Virus record (IMG/VR): IMGVR_UViG_3300033076_001074
Location: 1 to 34,484 of that record
DNA from: a virus
Taxonomy: Duplodnaviria; Caudoviricetes
Strand: one strand, 5' to 3'
Length of the DNA stretch: 34,484 nt
Shown in pieces: positions 15,746-26,041 of this stretch (the stretch's first letter is position 1; each line of letters starts with the position of its first letter). Position numbers and translations under genes: made by a program. The notes beneath the pieces are model-generated. The model saw nothing but the letters and a program-made list of their open reading frames with translations. It was not told the origin of the DNA and made no database searches.

Positions 15746-16717
15746 ATGTCAGCCCCTATGGGTATAACTAATATAAATAATTTGGCACCTGAAGTTCCTG
15801 TCCAGGCACTTGAAGACTTTCTCAGCACCCCCATGTTTAATTTAATCCACTCATTCGGTACGGATTTATACCATGCCAATGCGTATTTGGGTAAAAATGT
15901 GCGTTTAAGCCGATTTGAGAGGCTTTCGACTGATGGTGGGCAATTAGACGGCTCAGGTATTGATCCTGCCTCTGAAGTGCCAGTACGTACAGATATCGAT
16001 GCTAGAGTCGAAATATATGCAAAGGCTATTACAGTAAACGAGCAAGTTATTTTGTGGGAAAACCCAAAAACTTATAGCAAATTTACTGCTTTACTTGGTC
16101 AATGGATGAGAGAAAAGGAAGATCTTCTTATGAGAGATCTTTATGCAAGTTCTGTAACTTATATCAATTGTTTTGGTGGTTTAAATTCTGATTCACCGAC
16201 CTCAATAAGCAGAAATGATGTTAACAATATCGAAAGAATATTGCTTAACAATGACGCTAGAACAATGCTAGAAGTTTTAGAAGCTACAGATCAGTTTTCT
16301 ACTGCTCCAACAAGAGATGCATTTATTGCTCTTGCTAATACAAATCTTACACAAGATTTACAGGGTGTGCAGGGTGTTCTTTTAAAAAATGCATATCCCG
16401 GAGATCAAGAAAAACTAAGACCAGAAGAATACTGTCAAATTTCTCGTTTTAGATTCTATGTATCTTCAAAGGCAGCAAAATTACCTAATGCATCAATGCT
16501 TGGTAACACTGTTTACACTATCCCTATGATGGGATTAGAAGCAGCAGCTAAGATTGAACAAAACCAATATACCTCCGTAATTGGTTCTAGACCTGCTTGG
16601 GTAGTTTCTAACGTAGCTCAAAACTCTGGGCTTTATGCAAGATTTGCGATGGCAAGAGCTATTACAAATCAAAACTGGATATCCGGTTTACGATGCACAA
16701 CATTTCAACCAACTTAA
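15746..16717 (+). CDS. Major capsid protein (N4-gp56-like, HK97 fold)
   Basis: 323 aa after the scaffold; GAGG RBS; GKNVRLSRFERL, L..SGIDP, LGQWMREKED.LMRD patterns. Confidence 0.88.
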   Translation: MSAPMGITNINNLAPEVPVQALEDFLSTPMFNLIHSFGTDLYHANAYLGKNVRLSRFERLSTDGGQLDGSGIDPASEVPVRTDIDARVEIYAKAITVNEQVILWENPKTYSKFTALLGQWMREKEDLLMRDLYASSVTYINCFGGLNSDSPTSISRNDVNNIERILLNNDARTMLEVLEATDQFSTAPTRDAFIALANTNLTQDLQGVQGVLLKNAYPGDQEKLRPEEYCQISRFRFYVSSKAAKLPNASMLGNTVYTIPMMGLEAAAKIEQNQYTSVIGSRPAWVVSNVAQNSGLYARFAMARAITNQNWISGLRCTTFQPT

Positions 16718-16735
16718 TAAAGGGGAGAGAGAAAT

Positions 16736-17755
16736 ATGCCTTTTACTATTATTGATGGTGGTTCTTATACCTCTACAGGAGCAGGAAAGAAAATACCAAT
16801 TCCAAGTTCTGCTGACTTTTTCGTAACTGAAAATATTAATCAAATAAATGATGTTCAAACACCGGGAAGATGTATCGGTGGTGAATGGTACGGTACAAAA
16901 TTTGGAGCTGGAGCAAGTGCGCAAAATGATGGTGTTAGAATAACTAAATCAGATGGAACAAATGTTGTGGAAAAAGATTTATTTTCTACTGCAACAGCAT
17001 CTGATGGCTTTACTTATGTAACTACTGTTCCTTTTGTAGAAGCACAAGCACCAAATGCCATTACTGCTATTACTGCTGCTTCTCCCGCAGTAGTGACACA
17101 AACTAATACATATAGCAATGGCGATATTGTTCGTTTGTATAATACAACAGGAATGTTGCAAATTGCTGGAATGCCATTTCAGATTAGTTCTGTCAGTGGT
17201 GCCGGATATACTTTAATCGGTTTAAGAGCAGCAGGCTTTGCAGCTCCTGCAACCGCTGGATTTACAAGAAGAATATCAAAATTTGCGGCAGTTGATCCAG
17301 AAACACTATTCATTACTGAAATTACAAAAGCAACTCGAGCAGTTGTAAGAACTTCAGTAGATCCAACGGCTTTTTATGTGGTTGGTATGAAAATATATTT
17401 CAGTATTCCGCAGTCTTTTGGAATGGTGGAATTAAATGGATTAACTGGAACTATTACTGCAGTTTCTTCAGCAAATTACACTGTAACAGTAGATATTGAC
17501 ACCTCTACATTTACAACATTTGCTTTTCCTGCTAGCACGGATGTGCCAACAAGTGAATTTGCACAATATGCCCCGGCTGGTGCAAGTACTGAGTTTGACC
17601 CCGTTAACAACGTGGAAACAGGTTATAATTTTCAATATCAACCTTTCAGAACAGCAGAATTCACACCTTATATGTGGATTGCCGGAGGTGCTCAAAGCCC
17701 CGGAGGTTCTGCAGGTGATGTTATTAATTATACTTGGTATAAATTTGAAACCTAA
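16736..17755 (+). CDS. Virion (capsid decoration-like) protein with two E1-FCCH-like beta domains
   Basis: ITAITAASPAVVT..YSNGDIV..GMLQIAG and ITEITKATRAVV..GMVELNGLTGTITAV; ahead of the capsid operon terminator. Confidence 0.75.
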   Translation: MPFTIIDGGSYTSTGAGKKIPIPSSADFFVTENINQINDVQTPGRCIGGEWYGTKFGAGASAQNDGVRITKSDGTNVVEKDLFSTATASDGFTYVTTVPFVEAQAPNAITAITAASPAVVTQTNTYSNGDIVRLYNTTGMLQIAGMPFQISSVSGAGYTLIGLRAAGFAAPATAGFTRRISKFAAVDPETLFITEITKATRAVVRTSVDPTAFYVVGMKIYFSIPQSFGMVELNGLTGTITAVSSANYTVTVDIDTSTFTTFAFPASTDVPTSEFAQYAPAGASTEFDPVNNVETGYNFQYQPFRTAEFTPYMWIAGGAQSPGGSAGDVINYTWYKFET

Positions 17756-17763
17756 TAAATAGG

Positions 17764-17802
17764 AATAAAGCCTTGAAATAGCATTCGGGGCTTTATTTTT
17801 TT
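17764..17802 (+). terminator. Intrinsic terminator of the capsid operon
   Basis: AATAAAGCCTTGAA-ATAGCA-TTCGGGGCTTTATT followed by a T-run. Confidence 0.85.
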
Positions 17803-17804
17803 GT

Positions 17805-18206
17805 ATGACATATCCAAATAATGCAAATACTTATCTGCCTGGCACTATACAAATTCCAAGTACTTTGGAAATTACGGCTATTACGAATTCATTTCCTATG
17901 GTTTGCACAGTAGAAACGAATCCTTTAATTGCAAGCAATGTATACAGAACAGGAATGAACGTAATTCTTACCATTCCTTACGAATATGGAATGCAACAAG
18001 CAAATAATTTAAACGGCACGATTTTAGATGCAACAGAAACACAAATTACGTTAGATATAGATTCAAGAAATTTTGACACTTTTTTGGTGCCTTTAAGTGT
18101 TACTACACCTGCACAAATGTCGCCGAATGGGTCAAGAAATTTACAATATATTTTTAACAATACAACACAAGTTGCCTTTCAATCATTTAATGATTTTGGC
18201 AACTGA
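17805..18206 (+). CDS. Virion protein, single FCCH-like domain
   Basis: ITAITNSFPMV..G..V.LTIP..YGMQQAN.L.GTI...ITLDIDS.NFDTF; similar to the second domain of 16736-17755. Confidence 0.75.
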   Translation: MTYPNNANTYLPGTIQIPSTLEITAITNSFPMVCTVETNPLIASNVYRTGMNVILTIPYEYGMQQANNLNGTILDATETQITLDIDSRNFDTFLVPLSVTTPAQMSPNGSRNLQYIFNNTTQVAFQSFNDFGN

Positions 18207-18218
18207 GGAAAAATAAAT

Positions 18219-18641
18219 ATGACAATAATACTCGTTACGCCTTGGGGTGAACAACACGGATTAATTAATTCAATGCCTAATTCCGTTCCTTTCGATGACT
18301 TTAAAAACTTTAAACCAGAAATGAGAGATCGTTTAAGAAAAGAGAAAAAAGATGATGAAAGAATGGTCAAAGGAAGATACATAAATCATCAGGAACAGGA
18401 GAACGGAAGATTAGATAAGCCTTATTGTAGATATGCGGGAGATCCAATCAGACAATATCACTTAATTCACGATCATGAGTATGAATTGCCATATGGGTTT
18501 ATTAAAGAAGTAAATGAATCTTTCACCGTAGAAAGAGAAGGTCTTCAAGCTGTCGGAGATAAAGCAGTTAATGAAAGTGGAGAGCCTTTAAAAAGGGATC
18601 GTAAAAAACGAATTCATGAAATTGTCCCATTATCATTTTAA
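18219..18641 (+). CDS. Hypothetical protein, head-tail region
   Basis: 140 aa; GAGG RBS. Confidence 0.8.
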   Translation: MTIILVTPWGEQHGLINSMPNSVPFDDFKNFKPEMRDRLRKEKKDDERMVKGRYINHQEQENGRLDKPYCRYAGDPIRQYHLIHDHEYELPYGFIKEVNESFTVEREGLQAVGDKAVNESGEPLKRDRKKRIHEIVPLSF

Positions 18642-18651
18642 AGGATAAAAT

Positions 18652-19938
18652 ATGGTAAGTCCAGCATCGGCAACAGTAGAGACAATTATTCAGAAAGTAA
18701 GACATCTTACGAATTCCCCCGACGAGAATTCGCTTACTACTGCTTATATTACGCAGACTTTGAATGATCTTTACAATACTGACTTTCCATACGGAATAAA
18801 ACTCGATCAGATCAAAAGTGTTTATACGATTTACACAATACCACAGATTGATCGATATCCTTTTGATGTAAACTATTATCAAGGTGTTAGAGATCCTTTT
18901 TATGTCGATGGCATACAAGGATCTTTATATAAACAAAGAGATCAATTTTTTAATGTTTGGCCAAAAATTGCTACATTATTTCAACAAGCATCTCAAACAT
19001 TGACAGGTATAATAACAGGAATTGCACAGCCTACAAATCCCGCGCAGATTACAAGTCCAAATCATGGTTTAACAACCGGAGCAGTGATTTTAATTGACAA
19101 TGTAGGAGGAATGACACAGTTAAATGGAAATTATTATACCATCACTTTTATTAATGCGAATACATTTAGCTTAGATGGAATTGATAATACCGCTTTTGGT
19201 GCTTATACAAGCGGTGGTACATGGACATCAGTAAGTCAATCATTTAATTTTGCGATTCAAGGGCCGTTTCTTAGTCAAGAGGTGCAAATGAGCGCACCAA
19301 AGCTAGGAGGAGGACAAATAACAATAGCAGATGACGGAAATGGCAATCTCTTATACTTAGTACCAAATCCAGTTATAACAGAACCGGCACAAACACAACA
19401 GCCGATTGCACCCATTCCTGGAATGCTTAACAAAAATACTGCAAACCCAGGTCTTTATAGTCCCTTAACAATTGGGACAGTAAATTATATTACAGGTGTT
19501 TTTAACTTTACTCTTCCAAGTGGTGTGTCTTTAGATATCGGAGCTATTTTAACCGTAAAAGTTAGTCAATATCAAGCTAGCAGACCTTGCATGATGCTTT
19601 TTTTTAATAATGAACTCACTATTAGGCCTGTGCCGGATAAGATATATAAACTTGAATTTGATGTTTATCAAACACCAGTTCAGTTTATGCAAACAACAGA
19701 TGTTCCGATCTTAAATCAATGGTGGAAGTATTTAGCTTATCTTGTAGCAGCAGAAATTCAAAGAGAGAGAAATGACTTTGATTCTGTAAATATGCTTATG
19801 GAAGGGCTTAAAAGACAAGAGGCATTAGTTTTAGAAAGACAGGCTACAGAAGAGATCGGCAAACCAAATTACACATTATTCAATTCAACACAATCGAATC
19901 CTTACATAAGTAATTTTTATGGAATGGGATTTTTTTAA
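18652..19938 (+). CDS. Head-tail adaptor / tail tubular protein A-like, with inserted FCCH-like domain
   Basis: N-terminal I..KVR.LT helix, IRPVPDKIY, WWKYLAY..A.EI C-terminus; internal ITSPNHGLTTGAVI..VGGMTQLNGNYYTI. Confidence 0.75.
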   Translation: MVSPASATVETIIQKVRHLTNSPDENSLTTAYITQTLNDLYNTDFPYGIKLDQIKSVYTIYTIPQIDRYPFDVNYYQGVRDPFYVDGIQGSLYKQRDQFFNVWPKIATLFQQASQTLTGIITGIAQPTNPAQITSPNHGLTTGAVILIDNVGGMTQLNGNYYTITFINANTFSLDGIDNTAFGAYTSGGTWTSVSQSFNFAIQGPFLSQEVQMSAPKLGGGQITIADDGNGNLLYLVPNPVITEPAQTQQPIAPIPGMLNKNTANPGLYSPLTIGTVNYITGVFNFTLPSGVSLDIGAILTVKVSQYQASRPCMMLFFNNELTIRPVPDKIYKLEFDVYQTPVQFMQTTDVPILNQWWKYLAYLVAAEIQRERNDFDSVNMLMEGLKRQEALVLERQATEEIGKPNYTLFNSTQSNPYISNFYGMGFF

Positions 19939-19950
19939 AAGGTTATTAAA

Positions 19951-20130
19951 ATGGCTAAAGAATCCAAGAAAGCAAAAAAATTTATTGAAGAAGAAATGCA
20001 TAAATTTGGGAAAGGTGAACTACATAGCGGATCAAAAAAAGGTCCCATAGTTTCTAACCCTAAACAAGCTATTGCTATTTCTTTAAGTTCTGCAAGAAAA
20101 AAAGGCATGAAAGTAGGTAAGAAAAAATGA
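19951..20130 (+). CDS. 59-aa basic protein, DUF6496-like (not in ORF track)
   Basis: MAKESKKAKKFIEEEMHKFGKGELHSGSKKGPIVSNPKQAIAISLSSARKKGMKVGKKK. Confidence 0.8.
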   Translation: MAKESKKAKKFIEEEMHKFGKGELHSGSKKGPIVSNPKQAIAISLSSARKKGMKVGKKK

Positions 20131-20246
20131 TTGTTAAAAAATCTAACAAAATAAAAAAAGTAAAAAAGCATCTTTATGAAGATATTAAGACTTTTCATAA
20201 AGAAGCAAAAGAAGATAAAGAGCTTCTAAAAAAATTAAGGAAATAA
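20127..20246 (+). CDS. 39-aa Lys-rich protein (not in ORF track)
   Basis: MIVKKSNKIKKVKKHLYEDIKTFHKEAKEDKELLKKLRK; ATGA overlap, ends 1 nt before the next start. Confidence 0.65.
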   Translation: MIVKKSNKIKKVKKHLYEDIKTFHKEAKEDKELLKKLRK

Positions 20247-20247
20247 T

Positions 20248-22542
20248 TTGTATACACCAACTTATATAAGAAAATATGAAACTGGACTTGTTGAAAATAG
20301 AGAGAATTTTCTTATACCGGATGATGCTTATCCTATTCTTTTAAATGCTTTCATTTTTCGTGAAAGAATTTTAAGAAAATCAGGTCAGATTCTTTTAGGT
20401 AGATTAAGAAGGGTTTTAACAGGCCAAGCATTAGGAAATCTTGATGGAGGTGGAAACTTCGTAGGAAATATCCGTGCGATTTTATCTTTAGAAACTAATT
20501 CAGAAATTGAGCCGGGTTCTTTAACAATTACTGATGGTGTTGTTATATGGCAAGATGATGGCTTAGGAAATATGAAAATAGGCTTAGTTAATTCAGGCAC
20601 TATTAATTATGTAACTATGGCTTTAACTTTGTCAGGAGGTACTGGAGCAAATCCGATAACTGCTGCATTTAATTATTTTCCTGCTCTTCCAGTGATGGGG
20701 CTGCGTTCAAGGGATTTAAACGACATAAACAATGAGCAAATGATCGCTTTTGACACAAAGTACGCTTACAGATATGTAGCAGGATTTGAAGAATTTATAC
20801 CTGGAACAACATGGTCAGGAAATGATTCTGATTTTTTTTGGTCAACGAATTATTGGGTCGGAGATAATAACCTTAAGATTTTTTGGGTGACAAATTTTTC
20901 AGGAACCTCCGGAGATCCGATCCGTTATACAAACGGTATTAATTGGGCAGATTTTACTCCTACAATTGACGCAGTAGGAACACAATTAAATCAATGTTTA
21001 TGTTTAGTACCCTTCCGCAGCCGTCTTGTTGCTTTTAATACATTTGAAGGCGCAAATCTTGGATTGTCTACGCAAATGAGACAAAGGATAAGATGGAGTC
21101 AAATAGGAAATCCTTTTTATCAAAATGATGGAACAATCAATACAATAAATTTTAATGCTAATGCTTGGAGAGATGACATTATAGGAAAAGGTGGTTTTCT
21201 TGATATTCCAACTGCTGAAGATATAATTTCAGTAGGTTTTGTCAGAGATAATCTAGTTATTTATTGTGAAAGATCTACATGGCAACTTAGATATACTGGA
21301 AGATCAATAGCACCTTTTCAGATTGAGAAAGTAAATACAGAGCTTGGTGCTGAAAGTACATTTAGTGCAGTGCAATTTGACACCTCACTTGTTGGAATAG
21401 GTGATAAAGGTGTTGTGGATTGTGATAGTTATCAAAGCAGACGTATAGATATCAAAATACCCGATCTTGTTTTTCGCTTTAACAATGCTAATAATGGCAC
21501 AAAAAGAGTTCATGGAATTAGAGACTTTCAACAAAGAATAGCATATTGGTGTTTTCCTTTAGCTAATACGAGTCAAATCTCACCCGATGAAACGATACAA
21601 ACTTTTCCAAACAGAAGACTTGTATACAATTATGAAAATGATTCATGGGCTATATTTAAAGACTCTTTTACATGTTTTGGGACATTTCAAGCGCAATCAA
21701 GTAAGAGATGGATAGATTATCCTGACACTCCTTGGCAAGACGCTACATTTCCTTGGAATAATCTACCTTCTTTATTTCCTTCCATAATGGGTGGAAATCA
21801 ACAAGGTTTTGTAGAATATTTAGGACAATATAATTTTGACTCAGTTGCAACAAATGATATTTCCCTTTCCATTACTGGAATAACAGGAAACGCAGCATCT
21901 GACACAGCAACTTCTATAGAATGCATCAATCACAATTTAGAAAATGGCGATGTAATAAAAATTGTCAACATACCTACAGGCACAGGATATGCAAGTTTAA
22001 ACAATTCAATATTTGGCATTCAAACAGTAGACGCCGATAATTTTCTTATTTTTACGTACAATTCAGAAACAGAGCTTTTTGATTTTCCCAAAATTGACAC
22101 TCTCCAAACATATATTGGAGGAGGAAAAATCAAAATACGTGACAATTTCATTATTCAAAGTAAGAAGTTTAATTTTTTAGATCAGGGAGAATCCATTAAT
22201 TTTGGATACATGGATATTTTAATGAATGACACTTCAAACGGCGCAATCACTATGAATTTATATATAAATTACAATGATTCAGTTCCAACAAACAGTGTAT
22301 TAGAAGAATCCTCACCCGACCCGTTTTTTAATAGAGTCATTCCTACAAACCAAAGAGTAGAAAGAGGATCTTCAAAAAATTGGCAGAGAATTTATTGCAA
22401 TGTCAGAGGATCTTTTGTGACCTTGGAATTTACATTGTCTAATTCTCAATTAAATGGCGTAGAACAAGAAAACGATGTCCAAATAGACGCGCAAGTCCTT
22501 TGGATGAGAAAAGCAGGCAGACAACTTGCTATTGGAGCATAA
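20248..22542 (+). CDS. Tail tubular protein B / nozzle-like protein
   Basis: 764-aa beta-rich; F.SRLV, RIRWSQIGNP, LVYNYENDSWAIF propeller motifs; internal FCCH-like domain. Confidence 0.8.
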   Translation: MYTPTYIRKYETGLVENRENFLIPDDAYPILLNAFIFRERILRKSGQILLGRLRRVLTGQALGNLDGGGNFVGNIRAILSLETNSEIEPGSLTITDGVVIWQDDGLGNMKIGLVNSGTINYVTMALTLSGGTGANPITAAFNYFPALPVMGLRSRDLNDINNEQMIAFDTKYAYRYVAGFEEFIPGTTWSGNDSDFFWSTNYWVGDNNLKIFWVTNFSGTSGDPIRYTNGINWADFTPTIDAVGTQLNQCLCLVPFRSRLVAFNTFEGANLGLSTQMRQRIRWSQIGNPFYQNDGTINTINFNANAWRDDIIGKGGFLDIPTAEDIISVGFVRDNLVIYCERSTWQLRYTGRSIAPFQIEKVNTELGAESTFSAVQFDTSLVGIGDKGVVDCDSYQSRRIDIKIPDLVFRFNNANNGTKRVHGIRDFQQRIAYWCFPLANTSQISPDETIQTFPNRRLVYNYENDSWAIFKDSFTCFGTFQAQSSKRWIDYPDTPWQDATFPWNNLPSLFPSIMGGNQQGFVEYLGQYNFDSVATNDISLSITGITGNAASDTATSIECINHNLENGDVIKIVNIPTGTGYASLNNSIFGIQTVDADNFLIFTYNSETELFDFPKIDTLQTYIGGGKIKIRDNFIIQSKKFNFLDQGESINFGYMDILMNDTSNGAITMNLYINYNDSVPTNSVLEESSPDPFFNRVIPTNQRVERGSSKNWQRIYCNVRGSFVTLEFTLSNSQLNGVEQENDVQIDAQVLWMRKAGRQLAIGA

Positions 22543-22545
22543 AAG

Positions 22546-23169
22546 ATGAGTTACAACCCTTCGATTCCAAATCCCACCGACTTCTTATCAGATAGTCAGG
22601 GACAAATTAAAACAAATTTTACGGCAATAAACGCAGGTTTATCGATTAATCATTATCCATTGAGTCCAAACACCACAGACACAGGAAAACATAAGTTTGT
22701 TGAAATGGTAAATAATGCAGCGCCAGTTGGTGCAGCAAACGAGGGTGTTATCTATACAAAAACAATAGGAGCGCCAGCAGCAAGTGAAATGTTTTACAAA
22801 CCAGATGCAACAACAGATGAATATCAGGTTACTAGAACATTTTCAGCAGGAATACCATTATTTGGAACAAATACAAATTATCCTCAAGTTCCTGCACGAC
22901 CAAATCAATTTGGAGGATGGACATTTTTACCGGGTGGATTACTTTTACAATACGGCCGTGTGGATAGTCCAACTGCTGGCCCTTTTACTGTTAAATTTCC
23001 AATATCATTTACATCGCCACCATATATTATTGAATTAACTCCTAGAAATGACGGCTCTCATTCAGCATTTACTTATTATATAGACGGTGCTCCTACATCA
23101 ACAAGCTTTAATTATCAAGGAAGCACATCGGGGAGTAATGCCTTATTTTGGATGGCAATAGGTATATGA
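22546..23169 (+). CDS. Tail-associated protein with gp53-like C-terminal domain
   Basis: GGWTFLPGGLLLQYG...VKFPISF...FWMAIG. Confidence 0.8.
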   Translation: MSYNPSIPNPTDFLSDSQGQIKTNFTAINAGLSINHYPLSPNTTDTGKHKFVEMVNNAAPVGAANEGVIYTKTIGAPAASEMFYKPDATTDEYQVTRTFSAGIPLFGTNTNYPQVPARPNQFGGWTFLPGGLLLQYGRVDSPTAGPFTVKFPISFTSPPYIIELTPRNDGSHSAFTYYIDGAPTSTSFNYQGSTSGSNALFWMAIGI

Positions 23170-23621
23170 GTTCTTCACAAAATTTAGAAACATATTTACC
23201 GATTTATGATGCTGTACCACCGGAGTGGGAGCAAAGTCGTCCTTTTTTTGTTGAGCAACTAAAAAGAATTTCAAACTCGGTAAACGATAAAGTTAATGGT
23301 TTGTACATAGATGATGAAACATTAACAGGAAAGCAATTTATTTCAGATAATGGCGTGGCAAATGATTTTAGATCCGTTTTTAGAAAAACTATTCCAGTAC
23401 AGCCATTAGTTGCAGGAGCTAATTCTTTTCCTCATAATTTAACGTTTGATTCAAATTTTACAGGAGTAATTTATTATGTTACCGCGACTGATAGTATTTC
23501 AAAAAGAATGATAACTATGACATATCCTTATGTAGATTCAAGTTCAACAGATATATTAATCAATTCTCCGGCTGCTTTTGATAGAGCTTACGCCGTTGTA
23601 GAGTATTTGCGTGAAATTTAA
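23166..23621 (+). CDS. Putative virion protein
   Basis: ATGA overlap at 23166; FRK....PH.L.F..VVEYL pattern. Confidence 0.7.
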   Translation: MSSSQNLETYLPIYDAVPPEWEQSRPFFVEQLKRISNSVNDKVNGLYIDDETLTGKQFISDNGVANDFRSVFRKTIPVQPLVAGANSFPHNLTFDSNFTGVIYYVTATDSISKRMITMTYPYVDSSSTDILINSPAAFDRAYAVVEYLREI

Positions 23622-23634
23622 GGGAGATTTAATT

Positions 23635-24216
23635 ATGGGTCTTTGGGATTCTTTAACGTCTTTTTTTACTGGTTCACCAACAAAATATGAAATGGTACCA
23701 AGTTTATTAAAAGAACAAATGCCTTTGTTGCAGCAATACCTGGCGTCATTGCAGGGGCAAGGAGCCGGTGGAGCTTTTGGAGATGTTGCAGATTATTATA
23801 GAAGTCTTCTTTCGATGGATCCAGAAATTATGAAGCAATTTTCAGCACCCATGCAAAGACAATTTCAACAGGAAACAATTCCCGGATTAGCAGAACAATT
23901 TGCAGGAGCTGGGGCCGGAGGATTATCAAGCTCAGGATTTAGAAATGCTGGCGTGATGGCTGGAACTGATTTAGCTGAAAGATTAGGAGCTTTAAGAGCA
24001 CAATTAGCTCAACAAGGTGCAGCGGGATTAGCAGGATTAGCACAAGGTGGGCTTAATAATTTTGGTCAATCTGTAATGACTCAGCAAGGATCACCGGGAT
24101 TATTAGCAAATGTGGCGCAAGGAATAGGACAAGCTATTCCAGCTTTTGCAAGTGGTATGACGCCATTTGGTGGATTTAATTCGATGTTTGGAACTAAAAG
24201 CCCATATGGAGGTTAA
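23635..24216 (+). CDS. Putative DNA ejection (pilot) protein
   Basis: G/A/Q-rich amphipathic helices, GGLSSSG; AGGGAG RBS before ATG 23635. Confidence 0.7.
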   Translation: MGLWDSLTSFFTGSPTKYEMVPSLLKEQMPLLQQYLASLQGQGAGGAFGDVADYYRSLLSMDPEIMKQFSAPMQRQFQQETIPGLAEQFAGAGAGGLSSSGFRNAGVMAGTDLAERLGALRAQLAQQGAAGLAGLAQGGLNNFGQSVMTQQGSPGLLANVAQGIGQAIPAFASGMTPFGGFNSMFGTKSPYGG

Positions 24217-24218
24217 AA

Positions 24219-25487
24219 GTGAGTTATACCGTTCAACAGCCTAATTTAGGGGCAGTTTTAGGTGCAGGAATTGGAAAAGGTCTTTCTGAACAATTGCCGA
24301 TTGAAATTGAAAGATATCGACTTTCAAAAGGTTTACAGAATTTTGCAAATCAGTATCCAAATTCACCTTTAATGCAGCAATATGCTCAGTTGTTATCTAT
24401 TCCAGGAGTTAAAGAATCGCCTCAATTGCTTCAAACTTTTGGTGAATTAGCAAAAATGCAAGCTCAAGCGTCAGCAGCTCCCGGTATGGGACAAGAAAAT
24501 GTTTCGCCTGAACAAATTTTAAAAAATAGAGGTATTTCATCTGAAACTATAGAAAAAAAACCAGAAAAAGCGCCTTCTTTACAAACATCTCAAGCAATAC
24601 AAGAAACTATAAGGCCATATCTTCCACTTACAAGAGAACAAAAAATTGAAAAAGCAGTTGATTTATTTAAAAAAAATCCCGCTTTTTATAAAAATGACTT
24701 TGAGAATGCTTTGCAAGCTGCCGAACAAGAAGATGTTATAAATAAATCTAGAAGCCAACAACTTCAATCAGCCGGTCAAAGTCAAATAAATGCTCAAAAT
24801 ATTCTTAAAAATGAACTTCAAAAAGCGCGAGAAAAGTTTGGAGCTGGAAATATACCATCTGATGTTTATCAACCAATAGAGAATGATGCTATAAAATCTA
24901 TGTTGCCAAAAGAAGAAGGTGGAGAAGGATTAACACAGCAAGAAGCAACACAGCGTTTTGTTCCTCAATTAGATCAATTAGCAAGAGATTATCAAGCTGT
25001 TTCAGATCTTGGAGATTGGTCTTTTGCTTGGACTGGCACACCAACTAATATAAGAAATTTACAAAAAAAATTTGCAAAACGAAATGATTTAAGAAATTTT
25101 GCTGATACTCTTGTAGCTAAAAATGATCTTTCTCCCGCTTTTGCTTATTCTTTGGCATATCCCGTCGAACAAGATAACAAAACATTTCCATTTTTAAAAA
25201 ACCTTAAAAAAATCGATCCTGTATTAAGTGCAAAAAATCCAACAACGGAAACAAGAAAAATTTCTGAAGATTTAGCGAAAAAAATGGATAAAGAGTCTAG
25301 TCCTTTATCCATTGCTCATTATTTATATAGAAAAGGATATGACCCACAAGTTTTCTTAGATTATTTAGTTGATAATCAAGATAAATTAGATTTAACAGCA
25401 AAACAAGTACAGCAATTAGATAAACCTTGGCAGGTTTTTCCTAAGATTAATGATGTTTTTTTAATGTCTAAAATAGGAATCGAATAA
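24219..25487 (+). CDS. Putative DNA ejection / internal virion protein
   Basis: LGAVLGAGIGKGL N-terminus, long helical Q/E/K-rich body; GGAGG RBS. Confidence 0.7.
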   Translation: MSYTVQQPNLGAVLGAGIGKGLSEQLPIEIERYRLSKGLQNFANQYPNSPLMQQYAQLLSIPGVKESPQLLQTFGELAKMQAQASAAPGMGQENVSPEQILKNRGISSETIEKKPEKAPSLQTSQAIQETIRPYLPLTREQKIEKAVDLFKKNPAFYKNDFENALQAAEQEDVINKSRSQQLQSAGQSQINAQNILKNELQKAREKFGAGNIPSDVYQPIENDAIKSMLPKEEGGEGLTQQEATQRFVPQLDQLARDYQAVSDLGDWSFAWTGTPTNIRNLQKKFAKRNDLRNFADTLVAKNDLSPAFAYSLAYPVEQDNKTFPFLKNLKKIDPVLSAKNPTTETRKISEDLAKKMDKESSPLSIAHYLYRKGYDPQVFLDYLVDNQDKLDLTAKQVQQLDKPWQVFPKINDVFLMSKIGIE

Positions 25488-26041
25488 TGCAACCATTTCA
25501 AGAAGCCGGTGAAAAATTCAAAGAAAGATCAAAATTGCCTTTTCAAATGATGGGTAAAGCTACAAATTTGCTTTCTTATTATGTACCTGCAAATATTGCT
25601 ATAGGGGGATTGAGTAAATTAAATCCTACTTTTGACAAATTTTTTAAATTGGCTAATAAATTTGGTTTTTCAGAGGAAGATGCTTTAGAAAATTTAAGAG
25701 AAAAAGAAAAAAAATTTGAAGAAAAAAAATCCAAAGCAAAGTCAGTATTCGAAGAACTTTTAGGAGATATTGATATAAATCAATTGCCAGAACCAGTTCA
25801 AAATCAACTCGGTTTTTTAAAAACAATTTCAGATCAGTTGGAAAAAAAGGGCACACATAGAGAAAGTTCGACTTTTAAAAGACTTAAGAAGAAAATTGAC
25901 GAGGTTTTATCAGGAAAAATAGGTGAATTACAAGGTGAAGCAATGGCTATGCCACAACAAACAGCACAACAACAGCCCGGACAAGGGCAGCAAGCGTTAA
26001 TGGCTATATTGCAAAAAATTCAAGCTTCTAGAGGCGGTTAA
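25487..26041 (+). CDS. Putative internal virion protein
   Basis: 184 aa helical with Q-rich tail; TAATG overlaps. Confidence 0.7.
   Translation: MQPFQEAGEKFKERSKLPFQMMGKATNLLSYYVPANIAIGGLSKLNPTFDKFFKLANKFGFSEEDALENLREKEKKFEEKKSKAKSVFEELLGDIDINQLPEPVQNQLGFLKTISDQLEKKGTHRESSTFKRLKKKIDEVLSGKIGELQGEAMAMPQQTAQQQPGQGQQALMAILQKIQASRGG

Noticed and set aside
16715-16738. Capsid and the next gene are in the same frame 18 nt apart, suggesting a read-through fusion
   Set aside because: Two consecutive TAA stops and a purine-rich RBS for the downstream gene.
19935-20198. 87-aa minus-strand ORF in the track
   Set aside because: Antisense shadow of two coupled plus-strand basic ORFs (19951-20246).
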